Shown here: one piece after another, positions 1 to 10,702 of the stretch
Position numbering within the stretch: the stretch's first letter is position 1
Layout of the letters: each line of letters begins with the position of its first letter
Source: Antedon mediterranea
Taxonomy: Eukaryota > Animalia > Echinodermata
Direction: 5' to 3'
DNA: 64,000 nt
Assembly (NCBI RefSeq): GCF_964355755.1
Contig: NC_092672.1
Coordinates: 9,920,001 to 9,984,000, forward strand
The notes under the pieces: model-generated
Told to the model about the DNA's origin: nothing
Database searches by the model: none
What the model saw: the letters and a program-made list of their open reading frames with translations, nothing else
Position numbers and translations under genes: made by a program

Positions 1-144
1 CCTAGTACATCTTTCGAGACGAGTAGGGGGTTATTACCCCGGTGTATTAGTACATCACTGCCACTGATCACCAACTGGGCCCTCTGGGAGATCAGTCTTT
101 GACTGAAGAGGTCACCCAGTATAAAGATAAAAAACAAACAAACA
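1..144 (+). mobile_element. 3' portion of a SINE-like retroelement ending in an A-rich/(AAAC)n tail, truncated by the window start
   Basis: A GC-richer body (CTTTCGAGACGAGTAGGGGGTTATTACCCCGGTG...) ends abruptly in AAAAAACAAACAAACA. The GAGTAGGGG..CCCCGGTG core resembles, from memory, the central domain of metazoan tRNA-derived 'Meta' SINEs; this was not aligned. Confidence 0.55.
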
Positions 145-201
145 TACGTAAAAACATACGGTATACAAAATAATGTACATTACAAACTCATAAATAAATA
201 A

Positions 202-270
202 CTATTCATTAAAAACAATTGGTAATTGTTTGTAACAATTACCAAATTGGTAATTGTTTTTAATGAATAG
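202..270. repeat. Nested inverted repeat (perfect 19-bp outer arms, 12-bp inner arms)
   Basis: CTATTCATTAAAAACAATT (202-220) is the exact reverse complement of AATTGTTTTTAATGAATAG (252-270). TTGGTAATTGTT (219-230) pairs with AACAATTACCAA (234-245). Confidence 0.9.
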
Positions 271-1081
271 AAAGAAACAAACATTAACGGCTATGAGATA
301 AACAATACAAATATGAAGATACATGTATTTTGCTTTCTTTCTGTTTAAATTAATCTTAAACTTGTAAAATAATACTGACATGGAAGTCCCAGTGTTTTCA
401 CTAACATTGCAAAAGTAGAAGCATGCAACGAGGATGTATCGATGTTTTTACAGCATTCAGAAACATTTGTTTACGTCTGTGAGTACAATTATCATTTTTA
501 TTTTTCAAAATAATATGTTTATACATGAATACTGCCTGTTTTTATTACTTTATCCATGAAAAATCGACAAGTTTGTGTTTATTGCTGAAGAAATATCAAA
601 TAATTCCTATAAAACTCGACACGCGTCTGACGTCACCGCGTATCATTCTATCTACAGGAGGATACATGTTGTTTAGAGTGACCCATGGGATGCTTATGTC
701 TATGTATTTATACTGGTGGTTGTCGCTCTAAAATATGTTATCTCTTGTCGTTATTGATTCGATACAATCACCGGAATGTGTATTGAAACGGACAGAGTAA
801 TATCATCATGATGGTCACTCAAGTCGCAGTTCTTTTTATAGTTAGATACCGTATAACAGTGCTGCTATAGTGACGCGTTTTTAAAAATATCCTGAATTAC
901 AGAACAACCATTGAGTTCCCAGTATTTGCATTTGTATAAAAACAATAACCAATAACACTACTACAGTACTAAAGATAATCGACATGAACGATAATTTAAA
1001 TTTACATAATATGTGACATCGAACCATTATACCTTATTATTGAACTCAGTAGTTCGGTACCTCATTTTTTTTCACTTTTTT

Positions 1082-1197
1082 TTCTTAATCTTGTTCTCTT
1101 CTTCATCTTGTTCTTTTCTTCATCTTGTTCTTTTCTTCATCTTGTTCTTTTCTTCATCCTGTTCTTTTCTTCATCTTTTTCTCTTCTTTATCTTGTT
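1082..1197 (+). repeat. Pyrimidine-rich 17-bp minisatellite (CTTCATCTTGTTCTTTT), ~6-7 imperfect copies
   Basis: The unit repeats directly in the sequence and accounts for the F/L/S-rich ORF at 1013-1231. Confidence 0.85.
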
Positions 1198-4100
1198 ATA
1201 TCTAACAATAGAAAGTAGGTATACTATTTAGTTTTGGCCTAAACAGAAACTGGAATGTCAATCCATAGTGCCATCCAACTGAAGTGTAGACATTGCTTTA
1301 AAATGGCGCTCTAACCGAATCCTCTTGTGTGTTGTCGTTGACGTCACAATGTGGAAACTTTACATTACTTGATTATTTTCTTCGCTTTTGTACGCGTCTC
1401 TGATTGTTGATTAGTTTAAACGAGGACTACTTAGGATGCTTACATATCACGGCGTTATTCGGTTAAGTCTGTTAGATTCAATTTAAACTAATGTTCAAAT
1501 ATTCCGACTGCAGAGTACACATTCCTTAAAGATACGACATACTGTGATTTTCCTTCCATGTTAAAAACGTTGAGCCTTAATCGACGTCGCCAATCCGAAT
1601 TAAAAAATCAAGATTTTAGTAATTGTTATTATTATTGAAGACAATTTCACTGTTTTTGTTTTGAGAATTAAATATATTTTGAATTGAATTGGTTTAACTT
1701 AATAGAATATGTGTGTCCCACAAATACTGACTGAAAAAGTTGACCTCTTTGAGAAAAAAAAATTATAGTTTTGTCAGCGTCGGTTAGTTTTCCCATAGGC
1801 ATTGTCAGTCATTTTAAAATAAAAAATTCTCCAACATTGATCACATATCTGACAGTACAATCGACTAGATCATAGTTTGAATCCATATCCAGATCTACTC
1901 ATGATCTATGGGATTTCTAACACACTAAAAATGTTTTTTTTTTATGTATGTCGATTAGGGTCTGGGTAAAATCATCAACTTGAAAAGCCCTTACATATTA
2001 TTGTATCACATGATTTCCAAGGCAACCAATTTTCAAGTAAAACTATTAAAGCATAAAGTGACACAGCGCATAAAAACTAAATATCATTTATTACTAACTG
2101 TCCAAGCTGTACAAAAAATAGTCCATTTTAATGTCAACTGTTCTCTTAGTAATTCTCGTTAATGTTTCATTCCTATGACTTACTGCACTCAAGGAAATAG
2201 ATAAATGGATACAAAAGATTACATAAAAATTATAATAAATAACAGAATCAGTGACAAGAAGTTAACGATATTCATTTGCACAGTTGTTGTTGGTAAACAG
2301 GGAATATAATTCTACGATGAATTTCATTATGTCGTTATTAGATGACCAGCATTTGAATCCCGGTTGGGGTGACTTCGTTTCGCGGTTGCATATCACCTAC
2401 CTTTTAACATTTATATTATTTTTCAAGCTTTTACTGTAAGACAATTTTATGTTTTTAACATTTAAAATAACTTTATTGGGTAGATATGATTGCAAAGTTT
2501 TGAAATTGTGTATTTATATATAAACAACATGGGTCAATTTGGGGTCAACAACAACATTGGTTCGAGTACATTTTTTTGTTCGCCTTTGTTGAATTTTCGT
2601 ACTGTTCAGTACCAACAATATAAGAAGAAAAGATAAATTAACTTCAGAATACGCACCGACGGTATTGTCTAGATAATCTGTGTCCTGCTATCTCTCAACC
2701 AATGTAATTTCAAAAGAAAAAAAAAAGCGATACAAATAGATATATAAACAAATGAAAAGTCTGGTTGAAAGAAAGCTTAACAATAGTTTAAATAGAAGGA
2801 AAAGGTGAACCGTCGATTTGGGTATAGATTGTTAAAAAGCAGAGCTCATGTTTTTTTTTGTATGTGGTGGAGTTAAAACAAGTTTATAAAAATATGTAAA
2901 AACCACAAAATAGCAGAAGAAAATAGGGTACAAGGCAAATGTAATTAATTAAAAATTAAAACAAAGATATACGTTGGCTATCAAAATCATCGTTCAAAAA
3001 TCCCGCGCGACGTGTGACCCGTTTATTTCGCCGCAACACTCTTAATGATTTGATAAATTGAAGTTTATACGATATAAATACATACGATGCGATCTGTTTC
3101 GAGTAATTCTAAGAAAATAATATGACAAAGATTACAATTTGTTAAACTATTATGTAAGCAGGCCTACGGGCTTCTGTAAGTTAAAATATGCATAGGTTAA
3201 GATAGCATTTGTTTGATGATGAATTGAAATTTATACCTAAACGAATCGTATTAATACATTAAACAAATTATCTTTGTGTATTATGATTACATATTGTATC
3301 AATTAAATTAGAAGTATAAATTGAAGAAAAAAAAAACATTAATGTAATGTGTGTTTTTTTTTGTATTTCATTTCGATATAAACGATACACTCTCTCGTGT
3401 TATACATTCATACATGATAATATAATATGCGTAGGTAGACTTTTAGCTGTTTCGGTTTTGATATTCATGTCCATTCCCATTGCTCAGGTTAGATCCAGTG
3501 AAAGCAAAGAGAGCAATTTGTTTTGGCATCATACGTCACGGCACTCACCTGCTCAACATCTAATGGCATTTTGCGCCAAATCGGCCCTTGATATCACAAC
3601 TAGCTAAGTGTCTACTGATAAGTTTGCAAACGAACCTATAATCACTCCTAACATTATCCACACAAATCGCATGCTAATTTTAAACTTCTTGTCAAATCAT
3701 TACCTATTAAATGATATACTTAAAAAATCAACTAACGGTATTCAATATTTGGCATTAAAACCTTGAAGAGGGTGTTTGCCTTCAAGCATGATTTGCAATT
3801 AAAGTAATTATTTTATCTTTCAAACTAATGAGCGCCCTCTATTGTTAGTTTTGCCATAGCAGACGACACTGGCAAAAGATAATGAGGTTGTTTTAAACTG
3901 CGAGACAGCTGATAGTGAAACACAAGCAGGACTCGATCTTAGTCCACTACGAGGGGCTTAGAATGGATAAGAATGAGAGAGCGTTCTTTATAAATGTGTG
4001 TTTAAATCGATCGATCTGGAAGACCTGCCATTTGCATAACAACCTAACGGGCACTCCGACGTCGATCCTTAGCACCGAATTACAAGTTTATCAGTGTAGG

Positions 4101-4357
4101 TGTTAATTCACCAAAAGCGACTGGGTATATTTTCGAAAACAAAGTTGGTTTTGTTCTTTACGATGATAAATCTTAAGCGCCGGTTTATTTGACATTTGAC
4201 GTTGTTTACTGGATAGTTAGTTATTTCGTGAATAAACGTATTTTTATGAAGCACAATTACAAGACGTGTCTGTGGTTTTAGTTACCTTTACGTACACATG
4301 CCGGATTTGGACAGTATTTTCCTGAACCTGGAATTATTAGCGCTTTTAAAGTAGCAC

Positions 4358-4562
4358 ATGGAATTTAAAATGTATGTCTATCGTCGGATGTGCGCTGTGG
4401 TTTTTATACTTACTCTGTGCTTGTTTAGTGGTTACTCTGCTAAAAAGCAGCACGTATGTGGCGATAATGAAGTTTACGATAGTAATATTCGTGCTTGTGT
4501 TGATTGTAACATCTGTGTGGAGCACCCGGATGAAGCTGCCTGTGAAAAATGCAATAGTTTTG
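4358..4562 (+). CDS. First coding exon of a single-CRD TNF-receptor-superfamily-like protein (Fn14/TNFRSF12A-, BCMA-, Grindelwald-like): signal peptide plus cysteine-rich domain
   Basis: An in-frame TAG at 4352-4354 precedes the ATG at 4358 (alternative start aaaATG at 4370). A hydrophobic signal peptide (RRMCAVVFILTLCLFSGYSA) is followed by CGDNEVYDSNIRACVDCNICVEHPDEAACEKC, with spacing C-x12-C-x2-C-x2-C-x8-C-x2-C. The exon ends at a consensus phase-1 donor G|GTAAGT (4562/4563) right after the domain. Confidence 0.85.
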
Positions 4563-6542
4563 GTAAGTAGAACATTCTCAACTGAGGCTTAGTTATTAAG
4601 TCACCAAAGTTAGTGATAGCTGTGGTGCTGAAACCAATTTACCCGCGTAAATAACTAAGCCTGTACGGGCCTAATGAAATACCGTTACAACTTTTTAATA
4701 AAATTGAAATACTCGCCTATATTATGTCTTACCTATGTAACCGCGCGCATACTGCACTTATTAGCCTAATACATTATACCCACGTTACGTAACTTGCGCA
4801 CTTTGCATACTGTAAGTTTACACATTGCACGCGTTCTTTTAAGATTAGCTTTAAATAAAGTGTAGTTTATTATTGGATATCAACGGAACAAAGCATATCT
4901 TAGTTTAATGTGTAAGTAAACGTATCAGATTATTTTGAATACCGAACCTAAGTGCAAGCCAAGTAGCCTAGTATAGTAAAGTAATGAACATTTTACGATT
5001 GTTTTTTTCCATATAAGATATTATCTTAACTGTATAGGACTCGAGTATTAACGGTAAACATATACATTCCTTCTATGCATGTATTATGTTCATGTTTTTT
5101 AAGTTTGTATTTTTCATTGGCGGTAAAGTTTTGTTAGCAATTATGCAATGAGGCGCCATCAGTTCGTAAACGATTGTCCCCGAAAGCAAATAAGCTCAGC
5201 CTGTATAACATATATTGCTTCCTAGCAGAGATAAAAAACGGATCAACGATTATACAGTTCTGGAATAGTCTTTTGTTATGAAGCTTTAACGTATCTAAAT
5301 TAATATGAAATATATACATGTAGTAATTCAAAATAATAGTTCTTGTCAATTGATGAATTTAATATATTAATGTATGGTTATATTATATATAAGATTTGGT
5401 TTATCCTTGTGTGTTTTAATTCTCAGCCCAAACGAGTAATATTCATATATTGGTTCATTTTTTGTGTGCAGAGAATTAATTGGAAACATGCTATTAATAA
5501 CTATTTTTTATGGCGGTTTGTGTACATAGATACAATCAGCATTGATGATGTAACCATGACAAAATGTCCAATTATACTTGGGATAAGTCGTAGAAATGGC
5601 AAAGGAAAAGATCAAATTGAGATTAGAATGTTTATTGCACACGAAACTGCAAAAATTAAGAACTTAATCGATCTTTGGAAGATGTACAGTACCGTTTGTT
5701 ACTGTATGAATGAAGGTGTTGTAAAATAACTTGTAATGAGGGCTGATTGTTAATTAAATAAACCTGACCATTCTTTATTTGTCACGTTCAGACCTATAGT
5801 TATCCGCTCGTCAAAATCGGATTATTCCCCATGGAGGCCTTTTAATTGACCCATACTTATGTCATTTCCCCCACTGTTTTACATACTGAGGCCGAAATAA
5901 ATGTAAAACGTATGTATATTTAAAAATAAATTATCATTATTATATCATGTACGTTAATGATACTTCGCTGATGTTTTATACTATACTAAAGAGCTATTGT
6001 TCTGCTTTGGTAAAACAATGTAATATATAGGTCAACTTGATATTGCATATTGCATAGAACTGTTATTATTAGTTTCGATGCATTTTAACGTTAAATCGAT
6101 GCTAGAATATCGTAAAGTATGCATTGTATTACATCTGTGTTCACACGTGTCAAAATATACAGTTGTCCCTTTAGAAATCCATAGGCCTACATTATAAATG
6201 CATTTTTTGACTCAATGTTTACCATTATTCATTCGTTACCGATTTAAAATATCACATTTTATCGGTCTTTGACTTAATTTAAGTCATTTTACACTGATTA
6301 TAAACGTCTATGATGATATTTTAGACACGTATTTCATATACGACACGCATAGCATAATATTCATTTTCTTGTATTTTCCAACATCGATAAAGTATATATC
6401 CACGTTTAGTTCACATTCATCATTGTCAAACTAATCCGGGTAAAGCGAAGAACGTGCGATTATACATATTGTATATCTCTATATAGCGTATCATGAGTGG
6501 TCAGAGGTCAGATGGTCTGTAATAATGTTTCAGGTTTAGATG

Positions 6543-6576
6543 CATAAACCAGGGAGTAACAACTCCCTGCATAAAC
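6543..6576. mobile_element. Tiny TIR remnant / excision footprint (CAGGGAGT-aaca-ACTCCCTG) with 7-bp direct repeat CATAAAC
   Basis: Perfect 8-bp inverted repeat (6550-6557, 6562-6569) flanked by CATAAAC at 6543-6549 and 6570-6576. Confidence 0.7.
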
Positions 6577-8698
6577 CTACATTATCACGATATTAAGATA
6601 GTAATTAGTAAAACGCGGATGTAGACACAATAAATGACCTTGACGTTGACCGATCCCCTCACAGTTTATTTAAAATAAGGAAAGAATACAAATGAACAGT
6701 GAGTGACACAGAATAATCTGTGAATATAAACCTCTCCTTCGGGACACTCCAACTACGGATGATGTTGCTGTGCAATGGACGTGGGGTGTTGTGTGAGTAT
6801 TTATAATGTTAACAAGATATTCTGAGAGGACACTGAACGTGTCCCTCAATAAGGGTAATACTGGGATTAAAACACATTAAATGTTGACTAAATCCGAAAT
6901 AGCAAGGCACAGTTTAAATGATTTTGTACGTATCCTAGTCCTATCCTAAAAGACCAGCAACAGAGAAATGTGAAATAAATCGTTAGTTATAGGACAGGCC
7001 CTAACAATCATTATTAAAATATAACTTACTTTTACCGTATGTAGGTCTAGATAAAAATAAATTTAAAAAAAGAAGATTAGAATACATGTTGGAGTGTGTA
7101 AAAATCGAATTTATAAAAAAAATTGATTGAAAATATCATTCTAAAATTAAAACCTATGATCTATTAGAATTGGTTTTAGTAAATAAAGTATTGACGTAAC
7201 GGAAAGGGTGTGGTCACGCAGACTCACCCAGTTTCAGTGTATTTCCCGATATACGATAACATTGTTACTTTCTTAATGTCTTAATAGCTGACTTATACTA
7301 ATTGCCATCAATACGCATTTGTATATTATTGATTAATATCTGAATGTCATAACGTAGTGATGAAATCCCACGAGTACAATACAATCCTATTACACAACTC
7401 GTATTCAATGGTCATGATTTTGAATTCAAATCTACCTTGCAGCTACATTATAAATAATTAAGAGCACACGAGTTGATAAAACATATATAATTATCGATTA
7501 CACTTTATAATAACTAGTTTTTAATCTAGACGTTCGATAGCACAGTCGTGGACATACAGCATAATTATCTTATTCAATATGGCTCTACAACTTAAAATAT
7601 GTCTTTTAGTTTCTCGTTTGCGCAAAGCGACGATGACTTCTGTATATGTGAACTTTATTCAATCAATCGTACATTTTTGGTATTGGTATTATAATTGTAA
7701 CCGTCATGACGTGTATTTACAGTGATTTTAAAAATAAAATACTGAATAAATACAAAGTTTAAATGCGCATGACTTGATCATGTGCATTATGACATTGATA
7801 GTAATTTAATTTTTTTTAAATAAAATGTTGTGGACGAGTACACTGATGACACCCATATGGCCTGCATTTGAACTGGTGGAATGTTTGTATTCATCTTAAA
7901 ATAGGCGCCATATTATATTAATCGCATACCGTACTACATGGTATATGATTTTTATGTAAGCGAATTTTCAAATGAATGAATGATCGATTCGATCGATCTC
8001 ACCATGGATATTGTAGACATTTTATTTTAACTGTAAATCAGATTGTCAGAGGCATACTCTGACATCCAATTTATGTTCAATTATTATATATAACACAAGT
8101 CAACTAGATGTAATATTCTAGGCCTAGGTGCTGATCAAAATCATATCAACCCCACTGTAGTATCGTAGGCGAACAAACCATAACATTATGGACCACCTAC
8201 TTGTACTCATGCAGCGTATGTTTACCAAGTAACTCGCCTGTCATGTTGACAACGCATGGTTAAACCGTTTTACTGTACCAGGAATACAACCTCCGTCGTA
8301 TACAATAATTCTCACCGGCTTCGAGTTTAGTAGCTGGTACAGTAGAACAAGTCATGGATGTCCAGTCGCTGCATTCTCAAATGTTCAAAATCATTGGATA
8401 TCACTTGCCCATTAAATAGAACGAAACTAATCAAATGGGAAGAAGAGGTGTTTTTATTATCCAATTTAATTCCTGCAGTATTGACCTGTTACGTTTCTGT
8501 TAGCAAGCTATTTATGAAGGTGTGGCATTATGCACCATTATGACGTTTCTATTGTAACCCAAAAAATCCATGTGATTTGCTCATAATTGCATTGCATTTA
8601 GTTAAAAGTGCATCTTATCCCCAATAAATATTATAATAACATAAGAAATGGATATATGTTTAAGCTATTCAATTAAATCTGTTCAACTAGACTTTCAC

Positions 8699-8744
8699 GA
8701 CTTATCCAGGACGGCATCAGTATCTGATACGCCCTGGACATACC
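8699..8744. mobile_element. Degenerate TIR remnant / excision footprint (CAGG...CCCTG) with imperfect 8-bp direct repeat
   Basis: CAGGACGGCATCAG-TA-TCTGATACGCCCTG (8707-8736) lies between GACTTATC and GACATACC. Confidence 0.5.
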
Positions 8745-9008
8745 GTAACTGATAATAGTTTTCTTTGTTGGTTAACCTAAATGTAGATATACTGTATAGG
8801 CCTATGTATGTAGAGATGCTTCTCACCTATTATTCAAAATGCAATGTGGGTAGCTTTCCTCGGTGGCCTACACATTTTTTATACGATTTTTAAGATGTAT
8901 GTATGTATAGTGTCATCATGGAATATTCCCTGGTATTACAATAGCTATGAAATTGATTAGACCTATATTTCATCTCAATCAATTAAAATAACGATATATG
9001 AGTATTAT

Positions 9009-9120
9009 GCGTGGTTTCCACATTAAAGAACGTAACGCAAGTAATTTCACCAATCACAAGCGATGAATTATCCGAACTGTCGCTTGCCATTGGTCAACTT
9101 CCTTACGTTGCATCAAGTTT
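9009..9120 (+). mobile_element. Decayed copy of the AGCGTGGTTCCCA-type MITE group
   Basis: GCGTGGTTTCCA...CGTAACGCAAGT...CCAATCACAAGCGA...CTGTCGCTTG..ATTGGTCAAC aligns with the copies at 20006-20185 and 55949-56284. Confidence 0.7.
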
Positions 9121-9990
9121 TAAAGTACCATCTCTCCTTAATTAGTTTTACCCAAATACAAATTACAGTAATAGAAAAAAAAACATTCAGTAGATATAAA
9201 ATGATTTGCCATATGAAAAAAAAAATTCTGATTGAATTTACTTTATATTGATTTATAGTGTGTTCTGATTGTGTCATTCGTTTTACTTGGGTTAAGCCAC
9301 TGCAAAGATACTTACGATCCGGCATGATGGACTCGTCGTAAACTGTTAGTCGTGTTGTCATGGTAACTAATTGGTTATACTAAACTGTTGTCATGGTAAT
9401 TGCATTGAGTGTAAGTCCTATTACTAATTAGTGATCAATGACCACAAATTAAATACCTGATTTGTAGAGATAATTTATCGATCGTTTCTTTATAAAATAG
9501 TTGTTGGTTGATTCGGTAAACATGCCCAAGCAATTGCGTGTTTAAACGGAAGTATATTATGGTTACCATAGCTTCGTATTCAATTATTTGGCTACTAATT
9601 GTACAACTCCTCATAAGGTATCATTATCAAAAATATCTTGCGGTATTCCGTCTCCATGTCGTCAACAGGCCCATAAGCTTATGCAAAATCTACACTTATT
9701 TGAATTTATTTTTTTATCTAATTGGAACACTATATTTAGTTGCTTATATTGGATTCGTTGAGTACGATTTAATTAAACAAAATAGGCCTACTTGATTCCC
9801 CACTTATTATGATCGGTGTTATATCACTTACCCGAAATGTGTTTAGCTATCTCCCCTTGACCAACACTTCCACCGTTTGAGACGGGCCACCTCTTAAATC
9901 CCCCATTCGGTTATATATGTTAGCACTGCAATTGTTTGCGAACATTTTTTTAACATAGGCCTAAACAATCACAGAGAGTTTATTATTTTA

Positions 9991-10034
9991 ATACGGCCAC
10001 CATAGTGATTTAAAAATCGCTATGGTGGCCGTAT
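9991..10034. repeat. 21-bp-arm hairpin (one mismatch), possibly a Helentron/DINE-1-like element terminus
   Basis: ATACGGCCACCATAGTGATTT-AA-AAATCGCTATGGTGGCCGTAT, preceded by a T-rich run. Confidence 0.75.
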
Positions 10035-10074
10035 ACAGGACGGGAACTGTCAGTTGTTTATATTTACTACCTAT

Positions 10075-10545
10075 TCCGTTGCACCGATGCTTTTACAATA
10101 CTTTTTTGGATAGAAAATAACAGTATTTCCATGATTATGTGCGACATTTAAAATCTGGGCTAAAGCTATAAATTATAACTTCAGTTTTGACATGTTTTAG
10201 TTTGAAATGTGTTGCATTAATTGTTTTATGAATACTTGTCTTCCTTCTTCATAGTTCGTCATTTCTATCTGCATTGTCATATTCTAGCATGTATGATTTA
10301 TGTGTCTTATTTTATTGTCAGTCGTTTTAATAGTGTTTAATAGAGTGTTTCTGAAGTACGAGGAATTCTTATAGTTAATTTCATTTATTCCAAATTAGTC
10401 GTGCGTTTGCAGCGTCATTCAAAAGTAATTATCTGTAGCGGCAGTAATTTTGCTATTCTTACTATAATAATAAAATTAAGTTAATCCAGTTGTAATAGAC
10501 ATAATTATTAGTAGATGTTTTTGGATCCAAATCTTGTATACAACC
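10075..10545 (-). pseudogene. Highly decayed LINE (L2/CR1-group) reverse-transcriptase remnant
   Basis: Allowing frameshifts, the minus strand gives motifs in the expected order: Y.IP...TL (cf. YGVPQGSVLGP), IRH.KSYM...MQIEMT (cf. YADDTQLY), FKL.NMSKTEVI (cf. LKLNPSKTE) and CKSIGAT (cf. VKNLGV). There are many stops. Confidence 0.45.
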
Positions 10546-10677
10546 AAACAATTAGGATAACAGCGTATAATACAAAAATAGTATATAACTATTTGTGTTA
10601 AAAACGTTTTGGAAGTTTTCAATTTTCCCAAAATTTTTCTTAACGATATTTATATAATTGTAATTTTTATATCTTTA

Positions 10678-10702
10678 TAATAATAATAATAATAATAATA
10701 AT
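10678..10702 (+). repeat. (TAA)8 microsatellite
   Basis: Read directly from the sequence. Confidence 0.9.

Noticed and set aside
1013-1231. Hydrophobic 72-aa ORF resembling a membrane peptide
   Set aside because: It is a translation of the CT-rich 17-bp minisatellite.
2340-2390. tRNA B-box-like segments (also near 28690, 29505, 42660 and 60685)
   Set aside because: No cloverleaf can be folded. At most these are decayed SINE heads, not tRNA genes.
4374-4592. Alternative-frame hydrophobic ORF overlapping the TNFR-like exon
   Set aside because: It is a shadow of the real frame. The 4358 frame has the signal peptide, the Cys pattern and a donor at the domain boundary.
5134-5729. ORFs 5134-5349 (-) and 5343-5729 (+, 128 aa, the longest in the track); IQFWNSL motif near 5250
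   Set aside because: Low-complexity AT-driven composition with no domain. The WNSL match may be a LINE C-terminal relic but is too short to call.
9826-9930. GC-richer patch with a strong minus-strand donor (CGG|GTAAGT)
   Set aside because: All three frames from the nearest acceptor contain stop codons before the donor.
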